NCBI GenBank assembly: GCA_025453555.1
Contig: JALOQC010000001.1
Location: 1-63,111, forward strand
Direction: 5' to 3'
DNA: 63,111 nt
Source of the DNA: Myxococcota bacterium
Lineage (GTDB): Bacteria > Myxococcota_A > Polyangia > Polyangiales > Houyiibacteriaceae
This document shows, piece after piece, positions 21,450-35,900 of the stretch. The translations under genes were made by a program, and so were the position numbers. Below the pieces are notes generated by a model. The model was given only the letters and a program-made list of their open reading frames with translations, had not been told where the DNA came from and ran no database searches. Numbering within the stretch: the first letter of the stretch is position 1; every line of letters starts with the position of its first letter.

Positions 21450-23102
21450 GCCGGGTGACGCTGGCCGCGCTCGGCCTCGGCTGGACCGCGTCGCTCGCGC
21501 CGGCTGCCGTGCGCTTCGCGCGTGCGGCTCGCGATCCCGAGCGCGCGCAGCTCGCGTACCTGAAGCGGCTCGTGCGCGACAACGCCGACACCTCGTACGG
21601 GCGCGCGCACGGCTTCGCGCGGGTGCGAGACCTCGCGAGCTGGCGCGCGAACGTGCCCGCGGTTCGCCACGAGGAGCTCACGCCTCACGTCGATCGCATC
21701 GCGCGTGGCGAGCCGAACGTGCTCACGCGCGAACCGGTGAAGATGCTCGAGCGTACGGGCGGCTCGACGAGCACCGGCAAGCTCGTCCCTTACACCGCGG
21801 GGCTGCTCGCGGACTTCGCGAGCGCGACGGGGCCGTGGCTCTTCGATCTGCACGCGCGCCATCCGCAGCTCTTCGGGACCTCGAGCTATTGGAGCGTCTC
21901 CCCGGTCGCGCGTCGTGACGAGCGCACCGAGGGTGGGCTGCCGATCGGCTTCGAGGACGACGCGGCGTACTTCGGCCCGCTCGAGCGCTTCGCGATCGAT
22001 CGTCTGCTCGCGGTGCCGGGACGGCTCGCGCGCGTGTCCGACGTCACGACCTGGCGCTTCGAGACGCTGCGCCGGCTCTTCGAGCGCGACGACCTCGGCC
22101 TCGTGAGCGTGTGGTCGCCGACCTTCCTCACGCTCTTGATGGAGCACGCGCGCGATCACCTCGACGATCTGTTGGCTTGCGTCGGTGGAGAACGCGCGCG
22201 CTCGATCCGAGACGGGCTCGCGCGCGAGGGCGAGTTCGTGGGCGAAGCGATCTGGCCGCGCCTCGCGCTCCTCTCGACCTGGACGGATGGTCCGAGCGCC
22301 GCGTTTCTGCCCGCCCTGCGGAGCTTCTTTCCGCGCACCACGATCCAGCCGAAGGGGCTGCTCGCCACCGAAGGCGTCGTCTCGTTTCCGCTCGGCGACC
22401 GGGAGGGCGCCGTGCTCGCGGTGACGAGCCACCTGATCGAGCTGGTCGACGTCGAGCACCCGGACGCGCCGCCGATCCTCGCGCACGAGGCCCGCGTGGG
22501 GGCGCGCTATACCCCGCTGTTGAGCACCCGCGGTGGGCTCTACCGCTACCGCCTGCTCGACGTCGTCGAGATCGTCGGCAAGCACGGCGCGCTGCCGCGG
22601 CTGCGCTTCGTCGAGAAGCTGGAGCGCGTCGCCGATCGTTTCGGCGAGAAGGTCCACGCCGCCCAGGTGCAGGACGGGCTCGCGAGGGCCGCGCGCGAGG
22701 TCGGTGTGCAGCCACGCTTCGCGCTCGTCGCGCCGGTCGACGCGCCCGCGCGCTACCGGCTCTACCTCGAAGCGGACGCGAGCGACGCGCAGCTCGCGCG
22801 GATGCGCGACGTGCTCGAAGCCCACCTCGCGACCGGCCACCACTACGCGTACTGCGTCCGCCTCGGGCAGCTCGCACCGATGGACGTCGTCCGCGTCCGT
22901 GATGGTGCGGGGACTTTTCTGCGCGAGCACGCCGCGCGCGGGCGCCGCGCGGGCGACGTGAAGCTCACCTGCCTCGATCCGCGCGTCGGGCCCGACGCCA
23001 TCGACTGGGATCGCGCGTTCGCTGGGCCGGACGACTCGGCGCGCGATTCGTCGGATCACTCGTCCGAGCGCGCGATCACGGAAGCCTCAGGAGCCCTCGC
23101 CG

Positions 23103-23110
<8 letters not shown>
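21446..23110 (+). CDS. GH3 family protein (GH3 auxin-responsive promoter family; acyl-acid amido synthetase-like adenylating enzyme)
   Basis: This is the C-terminal 554 aa of ORF 21227..23110, starting at ATG 21446. GH3-family features are ERAQLAYLKRLVRDNADTSYGRAHGF, the P-loop-like LERTGGSTSTGKLVPYT, GLYRYRLLDVVEIVG and PRLRFVEK. Confidence 0.8.
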
Positions 23111-24248
<1,138 letters not shown>

Positions 24249-24256
24249 GGGTGGAC

Positions 24257-25480
24257 ATGGAAGCTCGAGGAATCGGACCGAAGAGCGGCGCCCGAGAGGT
24301 GGGTGGTGGGGACTCGCGCGAAGGCCCGCCGAGCGACGTGACCATCCGTCTCGCCCGACGGGACGAGCGAGAGGAGCTCGCGGCGGTCTATGCGAGCGTG
24401 ACGATGGACGCGGACCTGAAGCTCGCGGTCGAGCGCGACCCCGACTTCTTCGCGCTCTACGACATGGAGCACGAGCCGAACGACCAGCACGTGGTGGCGT
24501 TCGAGCGCGAAGGGCGCGTCGCGGGGGTGTCGGCGCTGCTCGGTCGCGAAGCGTACGTGGGCAAAGAGCGCATCCGCACCGCGTACTCGACCGACACCCG
24601 CTTCACCTCCGCGATCCGCGGAGGGCGCGTGCTCGGTCCGGCGATCGCGGGCTGCTTCTCCGAAGGTTCGGAGCGCCTGCGCGCCGAGCTCACGCACATG
24701 ATCCTCTTCGACGGCAACAAGGCCGCCTACAAGGCCTTCGTCGCGCGCGATCCGCGCTTCCCGAACAAGCCGCTCTGCCGTCCGCTCCGCTCGTTCGCGA
24801 TCACGAACGTTCTGCTCGCGCACCCGCGCCCCATCCGGAACACACCCTTCACGGTGACGCGCGGGACGCCGGCCGAGATGGAGGAGGTGCTCGCCTTCCT
24901 CGAAGCCGATCAGCGCACGCGCCCCTTCGGCGACGTGCTCTGCGAGGGCCGCTTCGCGCGGAGGCTCGAGCGTTGGCCCGGCTTCTCGGCCGAGAGCTTC
25001 TACCTCGCGCGCAGCGCGCGCGGCACCCTCGTCGGCTGCTTCGCGCCTTGGGACGCCCACCCCGTCAAGCGCTACCGCGTGCTCGAGTACCGCGGCTCGA
25101 TGAAGGCGGTGAAGCTCGGCTACGGGCTCGCCAGCAAGGTGCTGCGCTCGACGCCGCTGCCCGCGCCGGGCGAGCTCTTGCGCTACGTCTACGCCACGCA
25201 CCTCTGCGTGCCGAGCCACGACCCACGCGTGCTCGCCGCGCTCCTCGATCGCGCGTACGCGGATTTGCGCGGCGGTCCGCACTCGTTCCTGATGCTCTAC
25301 CTGGAGCACGACGATCCGCTCCGCCCCGCGCTCCGCGGCTACCTCGCGAGCGGCATGAACGCGACCTTCTACTCCGTCTGCACGCCCGACAGCCCGTGGG
25401 CCACCTACGACTTCGGCACCGACGCCAAGCCGGGGACTCCCGGCTACGTACGACCGGGCTTCGAGATCGCGCTCGCATGA
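24257..25480 (+). CDS. GNAT-like N-acyltransferase family protein (about 407 aa, probably two-domain)
   Basis: This is the C-terminal part of ORF 23246..25480, with ATG 24257 only 8 nt after the Rieske stop. It has an N-terminal GNAT-like pattern (IRLARRDEREELAAVY...VVAFEREGRVAGVSALL...). Confidence 0.65.
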   Translation: MEARGIGPKSGAREVGGGDSREGPPSDVTIRLARRDEREELAAVYASVTMDADLKLAVERDPDFFALYDMEHEPNDQHVVAFEREGRVAGVSALLGREAYVGKERIRTAYSTDTRFTSAIRGGRVLGPAIAGCFSEGSERLRAELTHMILFDGNKAAYKAFVARDPRFPNKPLCRPLRSFAITNVLLAHPRPIRNTPFTVTRGTPAEMEEVLAFLEADQRTRPFGDVLCEGRFARRLERWPGFSAESFYLARSARGTLVGCFAPWDAHPVKRYRVLEYRGSMKAVKLGYGLASKVLRSTPLPAPGELLRYVYATHLCVPSHDPRVLAALLDRAYADLRGGPHSFLMLYLEHDDPLRPALRGYLASGMNATFYSVCTPDSPWATYDFGTDAKPGTPGYVRPGFEIALA

Positions 25481-25585
25481 GCGGTCGCCCCTTCAGGCGT
25501 TCGACGACACCCGAAGAGTCCACGAAGATCGCGTCCGATTGACCCGCTTCTCCTTCGCTTCTCTTCCGCTCCGCCGAGGCTCTCC

Positions 25586-28464
<2,879 letters not shown>

Positions 28465-28468
<4 letters not shown>

Positions 28469-29094
28469 TCGTGGAGCCGTTCTCGCTTCGCTTCGTCTTG
28501 CTCGCGCTGGTGCTCGTCGTCGGCGCGATCGGTCGCGCGTTCTACGCGCGGCAGAACCGCGCCGAGGTCCTCGGCGGCCGCATCAGCCGCGCGAAGGCGG
28601 TCTGGCTGACCTTCGCGGTGCTCTACTGGCTCGGGGTCTGTCCGCTCCTCGCGTTCGAGCCGAGCCTGCCGTGGCGTTGGCGCGTCGTGCTCGGCGTGTT
28701 CGGCGCGCAGTTCTGGCTGCGTGGCGTGGCCGAGATGTGGATGCTCTACGTCACGAAGAGCTGGCGGCCCCCGTACGGCATCGCGCACGACGTCTTCAGC
28801 ATCGCGCTCGTGATCGGCACGACCCTCTGGTTCGGTCCGCTCACGACCGACGCACCGAACCTCGTGGGCCTCGGCGTCACCGCGTTGCTGCTCGCCTCGT
28901 TGATCGTGGAGACCTACTACGCGTGGGTCTTCTTCGGGCTCGTCGAAGGCAAGACGACGGGCGACGACGGCGTGTGGTTCGCCGATCAGCACGATCCGCG
29001 CTTCGTGCGCGTGAACCGACTCACCGCCACCGTGAACGTGCCGCTCTTCGTGGGGCTCGCGGCGCTCCTCGGCGTGGCCTTCGGAGGACTCTGA
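28465..29094 (+). CDS. Hypothetical integral membrane protein
   Basis: This is the C-terminal 209 aa of ORF 25672..29094. GTG 28465 overlaps the upstream stop (GTGA). It has about 6 hydrophobic helices. Confidence 0.65.
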
Positions 29095-30083
29095 TGTTCG
29101 TCACCGACCGCTGCGACGTCGCGGGAGCTTCGCTCGCGTACGATCTCTTCTCCACCGACCGGCCCGACGCGCCGTGGCTGATCCTCGTGATGGGCTTCGG
29201 CGTCCAGCGCATCCACTGGCCGGACGGGTTTTGCGAAGAGCTCGCCGCCCACGGCCTGCGGGTGGTGCGCTTCGATCTGCGCGACTCCGGCGAGTCGAAG
29301 CTCGAGCACGCTCCGCACCCGTGGCAGATCGGTCTGCACGCGCTTCGCACGGCGCTGCGCGGTCGCATCCTCGACGGCCTCGATGCGCGCGCGCTCTTCC
29401 AGGGCACGCTGCCGTACTCGCTCGATGCGCTCGCCGACGACGTGATCGCGCTGATGGACCACCTCGGCGCGGAGAAGGCGCACCTGGTCGGCATGAGCTT
29501 CGGGGGTGCGGTCGCGCAGCACGCTGCGTGTCGACATCCGCAGCGCGTACGGTCGCTCGTCAGCATCGCCTCGACGACGGGCAAGCTCTCGGTGTCGATG
29601 CCCACGCGCCGCGCGCTGCCGGTGATGCTCGCCGCGCCCGCGAAGACGCGCGAAGCGGCGGAGGCGGCGTTCCTCGCGGCCCTCTCGGTCGTCGGAAGCA
29701 AGACGCTTCGCACGCCGGAGGACGACGCACGTCGCATTGCGGCGCAAGCGTTCGAGCGCGAAGAGGCGCCGGAGGGACGTTGGCGCATGCTCTTCGCGAT
29801 GCTCGCGGCCGGCGATCGGACCGAAGCGCTGAAGAAGCTGCGCGTGCCGACGCTCGTGCTCCACGGCGCGGACGATCCGCTCGTGCCGCCGCGTGCGGGC
29901 GAAGCGACGGCGGCCGCCATCGTCGGCGCGAGCCTTCAGATCGTCGGAGGCATGGGTCACGACCTGCCACCCGCGCTCTGGCCGCAGCTCACCTCGGACA
30001 TCGCGAAGCACGCCTTCGCCGCGGAGCCCTACGTGCCGCGTCCGGCCAACGACCTCGCCGCACCCCTCGGAGGATCCCGATGA
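29094..30083 (+). CDS. Alpha/beta hydrolase fold protein
   Basis: This is the C-terminal 329 aa of ORF 28671..30083. ATG 29094 overlaps the upstream stop (TGATG). It has the GMSFGG nucleophile elbow, LHGADDPLVP and GMGHD. Confidence 0.85.
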   Translation: MFVTDRCDVAGASLAYDLFSTDRPDAPWLILVMGFGVQRIHWPDGFCEELAAHGLRVVRFDLRDSGESKLEHAPHPWQIGLHALRTALRGRILDGLDARALFQGTLPYSLDALADDVIALMDHLGAEKAHLVGMSFGGAVAQHAACRHPQRVRSLVSIASTTGKLSVSMPTRRALPVMLAAPAKTREAAEAAFLAALSVVGSKTLRTPEDDARRIAAQAFEREEAPEGRWRMLFAMLAAGDRTEALKKLRVPTLVLHGADDPLVPPRAGEATAAAIVGASLQIVGGMGHDLPPALWPQLTSDIAKHAFAAEPYVPRPANDLAAPLGGSR

Positions 30084-30664
30084 GTGAGCTCGACTTCACC
30101 CGCCCCACGGTCTGGGCGACCTGCGCGATGTTGCTCGCGGCGATGTTGGTCGACGTCGCGCTGCGCGATCGCTACGCGGCCGGCGGTGGCGAGCGCGACG
30201 CCGGCACCGCGCGTCGACTGATCGTCTCGCTCAACGTCAGCTCGATCGTGTTGTTCGCGTTGCCGATGCTCGGCGTCGCGTCGTTCGCACCGCGCACCAC
30301 CGCGCTGCTCGCGCCGGTCGGCGTCGGAGTCTGCGCGCTCGGTCTGTTCGTCCGCTACGCCGCGATCTTCCACCTCGGCCGACTGTTCACGTGGCGCGTG
30401 ACGATCCTCGACGGGCATCGCCTCCACACCTCGGGCCTCTTCCAGGTGGTGCGTCACCCGAGCTACGCGGGCGGAATCCTCGCGATGGTCGGGGCGGCGC
30501 TCGCGTCCGGCTCCTGGGGCGCGCTGCTCTTCTTCGTGTGCACCCACGTGCCGGTGATCGTCCACCGCATCCTCGTCGAAGAGAAGGTGCTCGCGTCGAC
30601 CTTCGGGGACGCGTGGCGCCACTACTCCTCTCGCACCGCGCGCCTGGTCCCGTTCGTCTGGTGA
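30080..30664 (+). CDS. Isoprenylcysteine carboxyl methyltransferase (ICMT) / phospholipid methyltransferase family membrane protein
   Basis: This is the C-terminal 194 aa of ORF 29174..30664, with ATG 30080 overlapping the upstream stop (ATGA). The segment LHTSGLFQVVRHPSYAGGIL...EEKVL...FGDAWRHY is typical of the family. Confidence 0.8.
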   Translation: MSELDFTRPTVWATCAMLLAAMLVDVALRDRYAAGGGERDAGTARRLIVSLNVSSIVLFALPMLGVASFAPRTTALLAPVGVGVCALGLFVRYAAIFHLGRLFTWRVTILDGHRLHTSGLFQVVRHPSYAGGILAMVGAALASGSWGALLFFVCTHVPVIVHRILVEEKVLASTFGDAWRHYSSRTARLVPFVW

Positions 30665-30667
30665 GCC

Positions 30668-31798
30668 GTGTCGACGCGGATCGCGTTACCACCCCTCTCG
30701 CGTCAGACCTACCGGCGCGCGTTGCTGCCGGAGCTCGAGCTCGCGCCGAAGCGCGCCGACCGGGCGGTGGTGGTGCACCTGCTCGTGCATCTCGTGGTCC
30801 TGATCGGTCTCGGTGTCACGGCGGCGCGGCACGCCTCGGCGTGGCCGCTCTGGTCGATGGCGCTACTCGCTTTGCCGGCGGGACATTCGCTGATGGTCGC
30901 CGCTTTCGCGGCGCACGAGCTCGGGCACGGCGCGGTACGCATGCCTCGTCGTCTTCGGGTCGTCCTCGTCCACCTCGGCTGGACCTTCGCGATCTTCGCG
31001 ACCGCGACCACGCAGAACCGCGCGCACAACCAGCTCCACCACAAGGAAGAAGCGTCGCGGCGCGATCCGGACCGTCGCCTCACCCGCGCCGAGATCCTCG
31101 AAGCGGGCGGTGAGCACGTCGTGCCTTGGATCTTCCCGAGCTCCGCGCACCCGATCTCCGGCGCGATCCTCGGCTTCGCGACCAGCGTCTTCGGCTACCA
31201 CACGAGCCTCTTCTGGCACTCCGTTCTGCGCACGGGGCAGCTCTACGACCTCCAGCTCTCGCCCGCGCAGCGCCGTCGCGCGATCCTCGAGGGAGCCTCG
31301 AACGGCGCGGTGCAGCTCGCGCTCTTCGCGCTCTCCGGTTTCTCGGGCGCGATGGCGCTCTACCTCGCGCTCTCCTACTTCGTGGGCGCCACGCTCGCGG
31401 GCGCGTACATCGCGACCAACCACCTGCTCTGCGGGCACGTCGAGGATCCGGCGGAGAGCGACGTGCTCGCGACCACGGTCTCGCTACGGATGCCGGCGTG
31501 GCTCGACTTCCTGCACCTGCGCTTCAGTCATCACGTCGAGCACCACCTCTTTCCGGGCGCACCCGCGTCGGTGCTTCCGCAAGTGCGGCGCGCGTTACTT
31601 CGACACTTCCCGGAGCGCTTCGTGATCCTCGGTTGGGGCGAAGCACTTCGGCTGCTCTTGCGTTCGCCGATCGCGATCGAGAGCTCGAATACGCTGGTCC
31701 ACGCCGACGGAACGGGCGCGCAACGCGTCGACTTTCCCGTCTTCCACGAAGGATCGTTTCACGGCTTCGAGAAGCGCCACGACGAGGTGCGCTCGTGA
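30668..31798 (+). CDS. Fatty acid desaturase family protein
   Basis: ORF 30668..31798 with a GTG start 3 nt after the upstream stop. Three His boxes are present (HELGH, HNQLHH, HHVEHH) in a membrane protein. Confidence 0.8.
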   Translation: MSTRIALPPLSRQTYRRALLPELELAPKRADRAVVVHLLVHLVVLIGLGVTAARHASAWPLWSMALLALPAGHSLMVAAFAAHELGHGAVRMPRRLRVVLVHLGWTFAIFATATTQNRAHNQLHHKEEASRRDPDRRLTRAEILEAGGEHVVPWIFPSSAHPISGAILGFATSVFGYHTSLFWHSVLRTGQLYDLQLSPAQRRRAILEGASNGAVQLALFALSGFSGAMALYLALSYFVGATLAGAYIATNHLLCGHVEDPAESDVLATTVSLRMPAWLDFLHLRFSHHVEHHLFPGAPASVLPQVRRALLRHFPERFVILGWGEALRLLLRSPIAIESSNTLVHADGTGAQRVDFPVFHEGSFHGFEKRHDEVRS

Positions 31799-32916
31799 GC
31801 TCCGTCGCACGCGTTCGTCTGCGCGCGAAGGTCGTTTGGCCTCTGCTCGTGGGCGCGGTGTGGCTCGGCTGGGCGCTCGGGGTGCCGCGCGACCTTCCTC
31901 TGCACGAGACGTGGCCGCTCGGCGTCGCGATGCTCCTCGGCTCGTTCATCGCGGGCGCGACGAGCGAAGGTGGTGGCGCGATCGCCTTCCCGGTGATGAC
32001 GTTGCTGTTCGCGATCCCGCCGATGGTCGCGCGGGACTTCGGGCTGATGTGTCAGACGGTCGGCATGGGCGCGGCGGCGCTCGTCATCGTCACCCGTCGC
32101 ACGCCGATCGCGACCGACGCGCTGCGGTGGTCGGCTCCGGCGGGGATCGTCGGGCTCGCCTTCGGCCTGCACTTCGTCGCGCCTCATCTCTCGGGGCCCG
32201 CGGTGAAGATCTTCTTCTGCTCGCTGTGGGCAGCCTTCGCGCTCGCGCACGTGCGGGCGAGCCGCCCCACGCGCGCCGATCACACTGCACGCGCCGATCA
32301 CACTGCACGCGCCGATCACACCGCGCGCGCCGATCACGCCGAGCGCGCCGATCACGCCGAGCGCGCCGATCAGGCCGATCACGGAGCGCACGCCGAGCAC
32401 GCCGAACGCATCCCGCCGACCTCACGGAGCTGGCTATGCATCGCGGGCCTGCTCGGCGGCGTCGTGTCGAGCCTCGTGGGGACCGGCCTCGACATCGTCG
32501 TGTTCTCGGTGCTCGTGTTGCGCCTCGGGGTGTCCGAGACCGTCGCGACGCCGACCTCGGTCGTGCTGATGGCGATCGGGAGCGCCTTCGGCTTCGCGCT
32601 CCGCGCGCTCGACGGCGGACCTGCCCCCGACGCGTGGGCGTATTGGTGGACCTGCGTTCCGGTCGTGGTCGTCGGCGCTCCGCTCGGCGCGCGCTTCATC
32701 GAAGGGCGAGGGCGCGTGTTCCTCTCGCGGCTGCTCTACGTGTCGATCGTCGGGCAGCTCGTCGGCGCCTTGATCCTCTTGCCGCTGACGCCGACGCTCT
32801 TGCTCTTCGGTCTGGCGACCTTCGTCGTGGGCGTCGGCGTGTTCCTCGGGGTCGCGCGCCCTCTCCAAGCGTCCGGCGTGCCAGCGGCCGGTGTGCGAGC
32901 GCCGGAGGCGCCTTGA
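31795..32916 (+). CDS. TauE/SafE (TSUP) family anion permease with a repeat-expanded central loop
   Basis: This is the C-terminal 373 aa of ORF 31126..32916, with GTG 31795 overlapping the upstream stop (GTGA). It has two TSUP-like halves (GSFIAGATSEGGGAIAFPVM..., LLGGVVSSLVGTGLDIVVF). They are separated by a (RADHTA)n loop. Confidence 0.8.
   Translation: MSSVARVRLRAKVVWPLLVGAVWLGWALGVPRDLPLHETWPLGVAMLLGSFIAGATSEGGGAIAFPVMTLLFAIPPMVARDFGLMCQTVGMGAAALVIVTRRTPIATDALRWSAPAGIVGLAFGLHFVAPHLSGPAVKIFFCSLWAAFALAHVRASRPTRADHTARADHTARADHTARADHAERADHAERADQADHGAHAEHAERIPPTSRSWLCIAGLLGGVVSSLVGTGLDIVVFSVLVLRLGVSETVATPTSVVLMAIGSAFGFALRALDGGPAPDAWAYWWTCVPVVVVGAPLGARFIEGRGRVFLSRLLYVSIVGQLVGALILLPLTPTLLLFGLATFVVGVGVFLGVARPLQASGVPAAGVRAPEAP
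32272..32382 (+). repeat. In-frame 18-nt tandem repeat (CGCGCCGATCACRCYGMR), about 5.5 copies, encoding (RADHTA/RADHAE)n
   Basis: Read directly from the sequence. It lies inside the TauE-like CDS, in the central cytoplasmic or loop region. Confidence 0.9.
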
Positions 32917-35900
32917 GCGCGCCGCGTGATCTCGAGGCGCTCTTCGCGGCGCTGCTTCGTCGCCGCACGAAGGCGCTCGGCGCGGTCGTCGTGCTGGTGG
33001 CGCTCGCGTCGGTGCTCGCTGCGCGCGTGCGCCCGAACTACGACGCCGAGGCGTTCTTGCCGACGTGGGATCCACGCCGGCTGGTGTTCGAAGAGCACGC
33101 GGCCGCGTTCGCCGGCTCCGCGCGACGGGTGAGCGTGTTCGTCGAAGGCACGCTCGACGAGCGGACCCACACACGCCTCGGTGCGGTCGCACGGGCGCTG
33201 CACGACGAAGGCCTCGAGGACGTCACGTGGATCGGAAACGTGGAGCTCGCCTCCGCGGATCCCGAAGACCCGTTCTCGTTACGCGTCGACGCTCCATTCG
33301 CCGATCCTTCGCGCGCGGCGGAGGCGCTGGCGTCGCGACGCGACGATCCGCTGCTCGTCGGTCGACTCTTCGATCCGGACGCGGACGCCTTCGTGGTGCA
33401 CGCGACGTTGCCCGAAGATCGCGATCACCCGGAAGGACAGCTCGCGCTCGAGGCCTCGCTCGAGCGAAGGCTCGCGCCTCTCCGCGCCGAGGGCGCCGTC
33501 GTGCGCGTGGCGGGCCTCCCGGTGCTCAAGGCGCGTGGCTTTCGGCTCGTGCAGGGCGACGCGACGCGCTTCCTCTCGCTCGGGATCGCGCTCGTCACGC
33601 TCTTGCTCTTCGTCGTGCTCCGACGCTTGCGTGACGTGCTCGCGATCCTGGGCTCGTTGATCCCTCCGATCGTGATCACGCTCGCCGCGATGGGCGCGAC
33701 CGGCACGCCCATCAGCGCGCTCACCAGCTTCGTGCCGCTGCTCGTGTTGATCGTGGGGGTGTGCGACGCGCTCCACCTCGTCGAGGAGGTGCGGGCCCAG
33801 CGCGCTCTCGGATGGCCGCGCCGCGAGGCGATCGCGCGTGCGTTCTCTTCGCTCGTCCGAAGCTGCTTCCACACCTCGTTCACCACCGCGGTCGGGTTCG
33901 CGAGCCTCGCGACCAGCAACGTCGCGATCGTGGTCGAGCTCGCGATCTTCACCTCGCTCGCGGTGATGCTCACCTACGCGTCGACCATCCTCGTGTTGCC
34001 GCTCCTGCTCGATCTCGGCGTCGAACGACCGGTCACGAGCACGCGCTGGCTGGACCTCGGGGTGGACGCGCTCATGAGCGCCGCGCGTCGCCACGCGAGG
34101 CGACCGAGCGCGCTGCTCCTCGGCGGCATCTTCGTGCTCTGCGTGGCGGCGGTCGCGGGGGCCACCCGCCTTCGGACGAACGCGACGATGATCGACGACG
34201 TCGATCCCGATCATCCCCTGATGCGTGATCTGACGTGGCTCGAGGCGCAGGGGCTCGGTCCGTACTCGGTCGAGCTCTGGATCCGCGGCGAAGGCGATGC
34301 GCTGATGGAGCCCGAGGCGCAGGCGTGGATGGCGCGCACGACCGAGTGGGTGCGCCGCGGCGAGCCCGTGCGTTCGGTGCTCGGCCCGCCCGACTTCCTC
34401 GCGTCGGCGGCGCGCGCGCTCGACCTGCCGCCGCCGCGCACGCGCGAAGAGATCGCGCAGCTCTCGCTCTTGCTCGAGATGGCGGCGCCGTCGGGGCTCG
34501 ACGAGGTGTGGCGTCCGGCGGAGCACGAAGCGCAGATCGTCGCGTCGGTCGTCGATCTCGGGAGCGCGCGCATGGGCCCCTTCTTCGACGCCTGGGAGAC
34601 ACGCCTGCGCGACGATCCACCACCGGCGGGGGTGCGCGCCGATCTCACGGGCGTCTTGCGGCTCGCCCACGTCACGTTGATCGACATCGTCGACGGCTTC
34701 GCGACCTCGCTCGCGCTCGCGACCTTGGTGGTGTGGCTGCTCGTGAGCACGATCTTTCGTTCGCTCTGGCACGGCTTCGTCGCCCTCGTGCCGAACGTGC
34801 TGCCCCTCCTCGCGATGCTCGGCGCGATGGGCGCGCTCCGGCTCGACGTGAAGCCTTCGACCCTCTTGGTGTTCAGCGTCGCGTTCGGGGTCGCGGTGGA
34901 CGACACGCTGCACCTCATCGGCCGCGTGCGGGAGCGTCTGCGCGCAGGCGACGCGATCGAGCTCGCGATCGACACCGCGATTCGGACCAGCGGCCGCGCG
35001 CTCGTGCTCACGAGCCTCGTCGTCGGAGGCGGCTTCCTCGTCCTGGTGACGAGCGACTTCCAGTTCCTCGTGATGGTGGGCTCGATGACCGGCCTCGCGG
35101 TCGTGTTCGCGTTGCTCGGCGATCTCGTGATCTATCCGCTCCTGCTCCGCGCCACGATGCGCGCCCGCGGTAGCGCCCGGCCCGCCACGCTCCTGCTGCT
35201 CGCGGTCGGCCTCGGCAGCGTCGTGAGCGACACGGCGCGCGCGCAGCACGACGAAGACACCGACTCCGTCTCGGTCACCAACGCCCTTGATGTCTCCGAC
35301 ACCGACGCGGACACCAACACGAACACCAATGCGGACACCGACGCGGACACCGACACGAACACCAATGCGGACACCGACGCGGACACCGACGCGGACACCG
35401 ACGCCGACACCGACGCCGACGCGATCGGCTTCGCCTCCAGCATCCCGTCCGCTCCTCTCGTCGACGCTGCGCCGTCGGCGCTCCGCGTCCACGCGCTCCT
35501 CTTCCAAGAGACTCACGTCGCCCTCGCTCGCTCACCGCGCGTTCCGGTCGCGCGTTTCGGCGCGCAGGTGCATCTGGAGCACCGTGGAGAGCACGCGCGC
35601 GTCGTGCTCGGCGGCCACCTCGAAGCCGATCCCGCGGCGCGGCAGCTCCCGGACGACTCGCGTGCGGCGATGCTCTGGCTCGTTCGTCCGCTCGACGCCT
35701 ACCTGCACGTCGACGGCGGTGAGCACGCCGCGAGCCCCGTCACGCTGACCCTCGGCTTCCAACGCCTCGGCTGGGGCGAAGGGTTCTTGCTCTCCCCGCT
35801 CGATCTCGATCCGAAGGATCTGCGCACCCCGGGCCTCGGCGCCGCGACTCGCACCACGCTCTCGCGCCTCTCGACGCGGGTCTCGTTTCGGCACCGCGCG

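Noticed and set aside
31836-32912. N-terminal 359 aa of the 1632-aa ORF. Similar leading parts occur in ORFs 5531..7537, 7060..8376, 17061..20117, 21227..23110, 23246..25480, 25672..29094, 28671..30083, 29174..30664, 31126..32916, 46150..50802 and 53566..55749
   Set aside because: These leading segments overlap the preceding real gene out of frame and are Arg/Pro/Ala/Gly-rich. The believable protein starts only at an internal ATG/GTG/TTG that overlaps or abuts the upstream stop codon.
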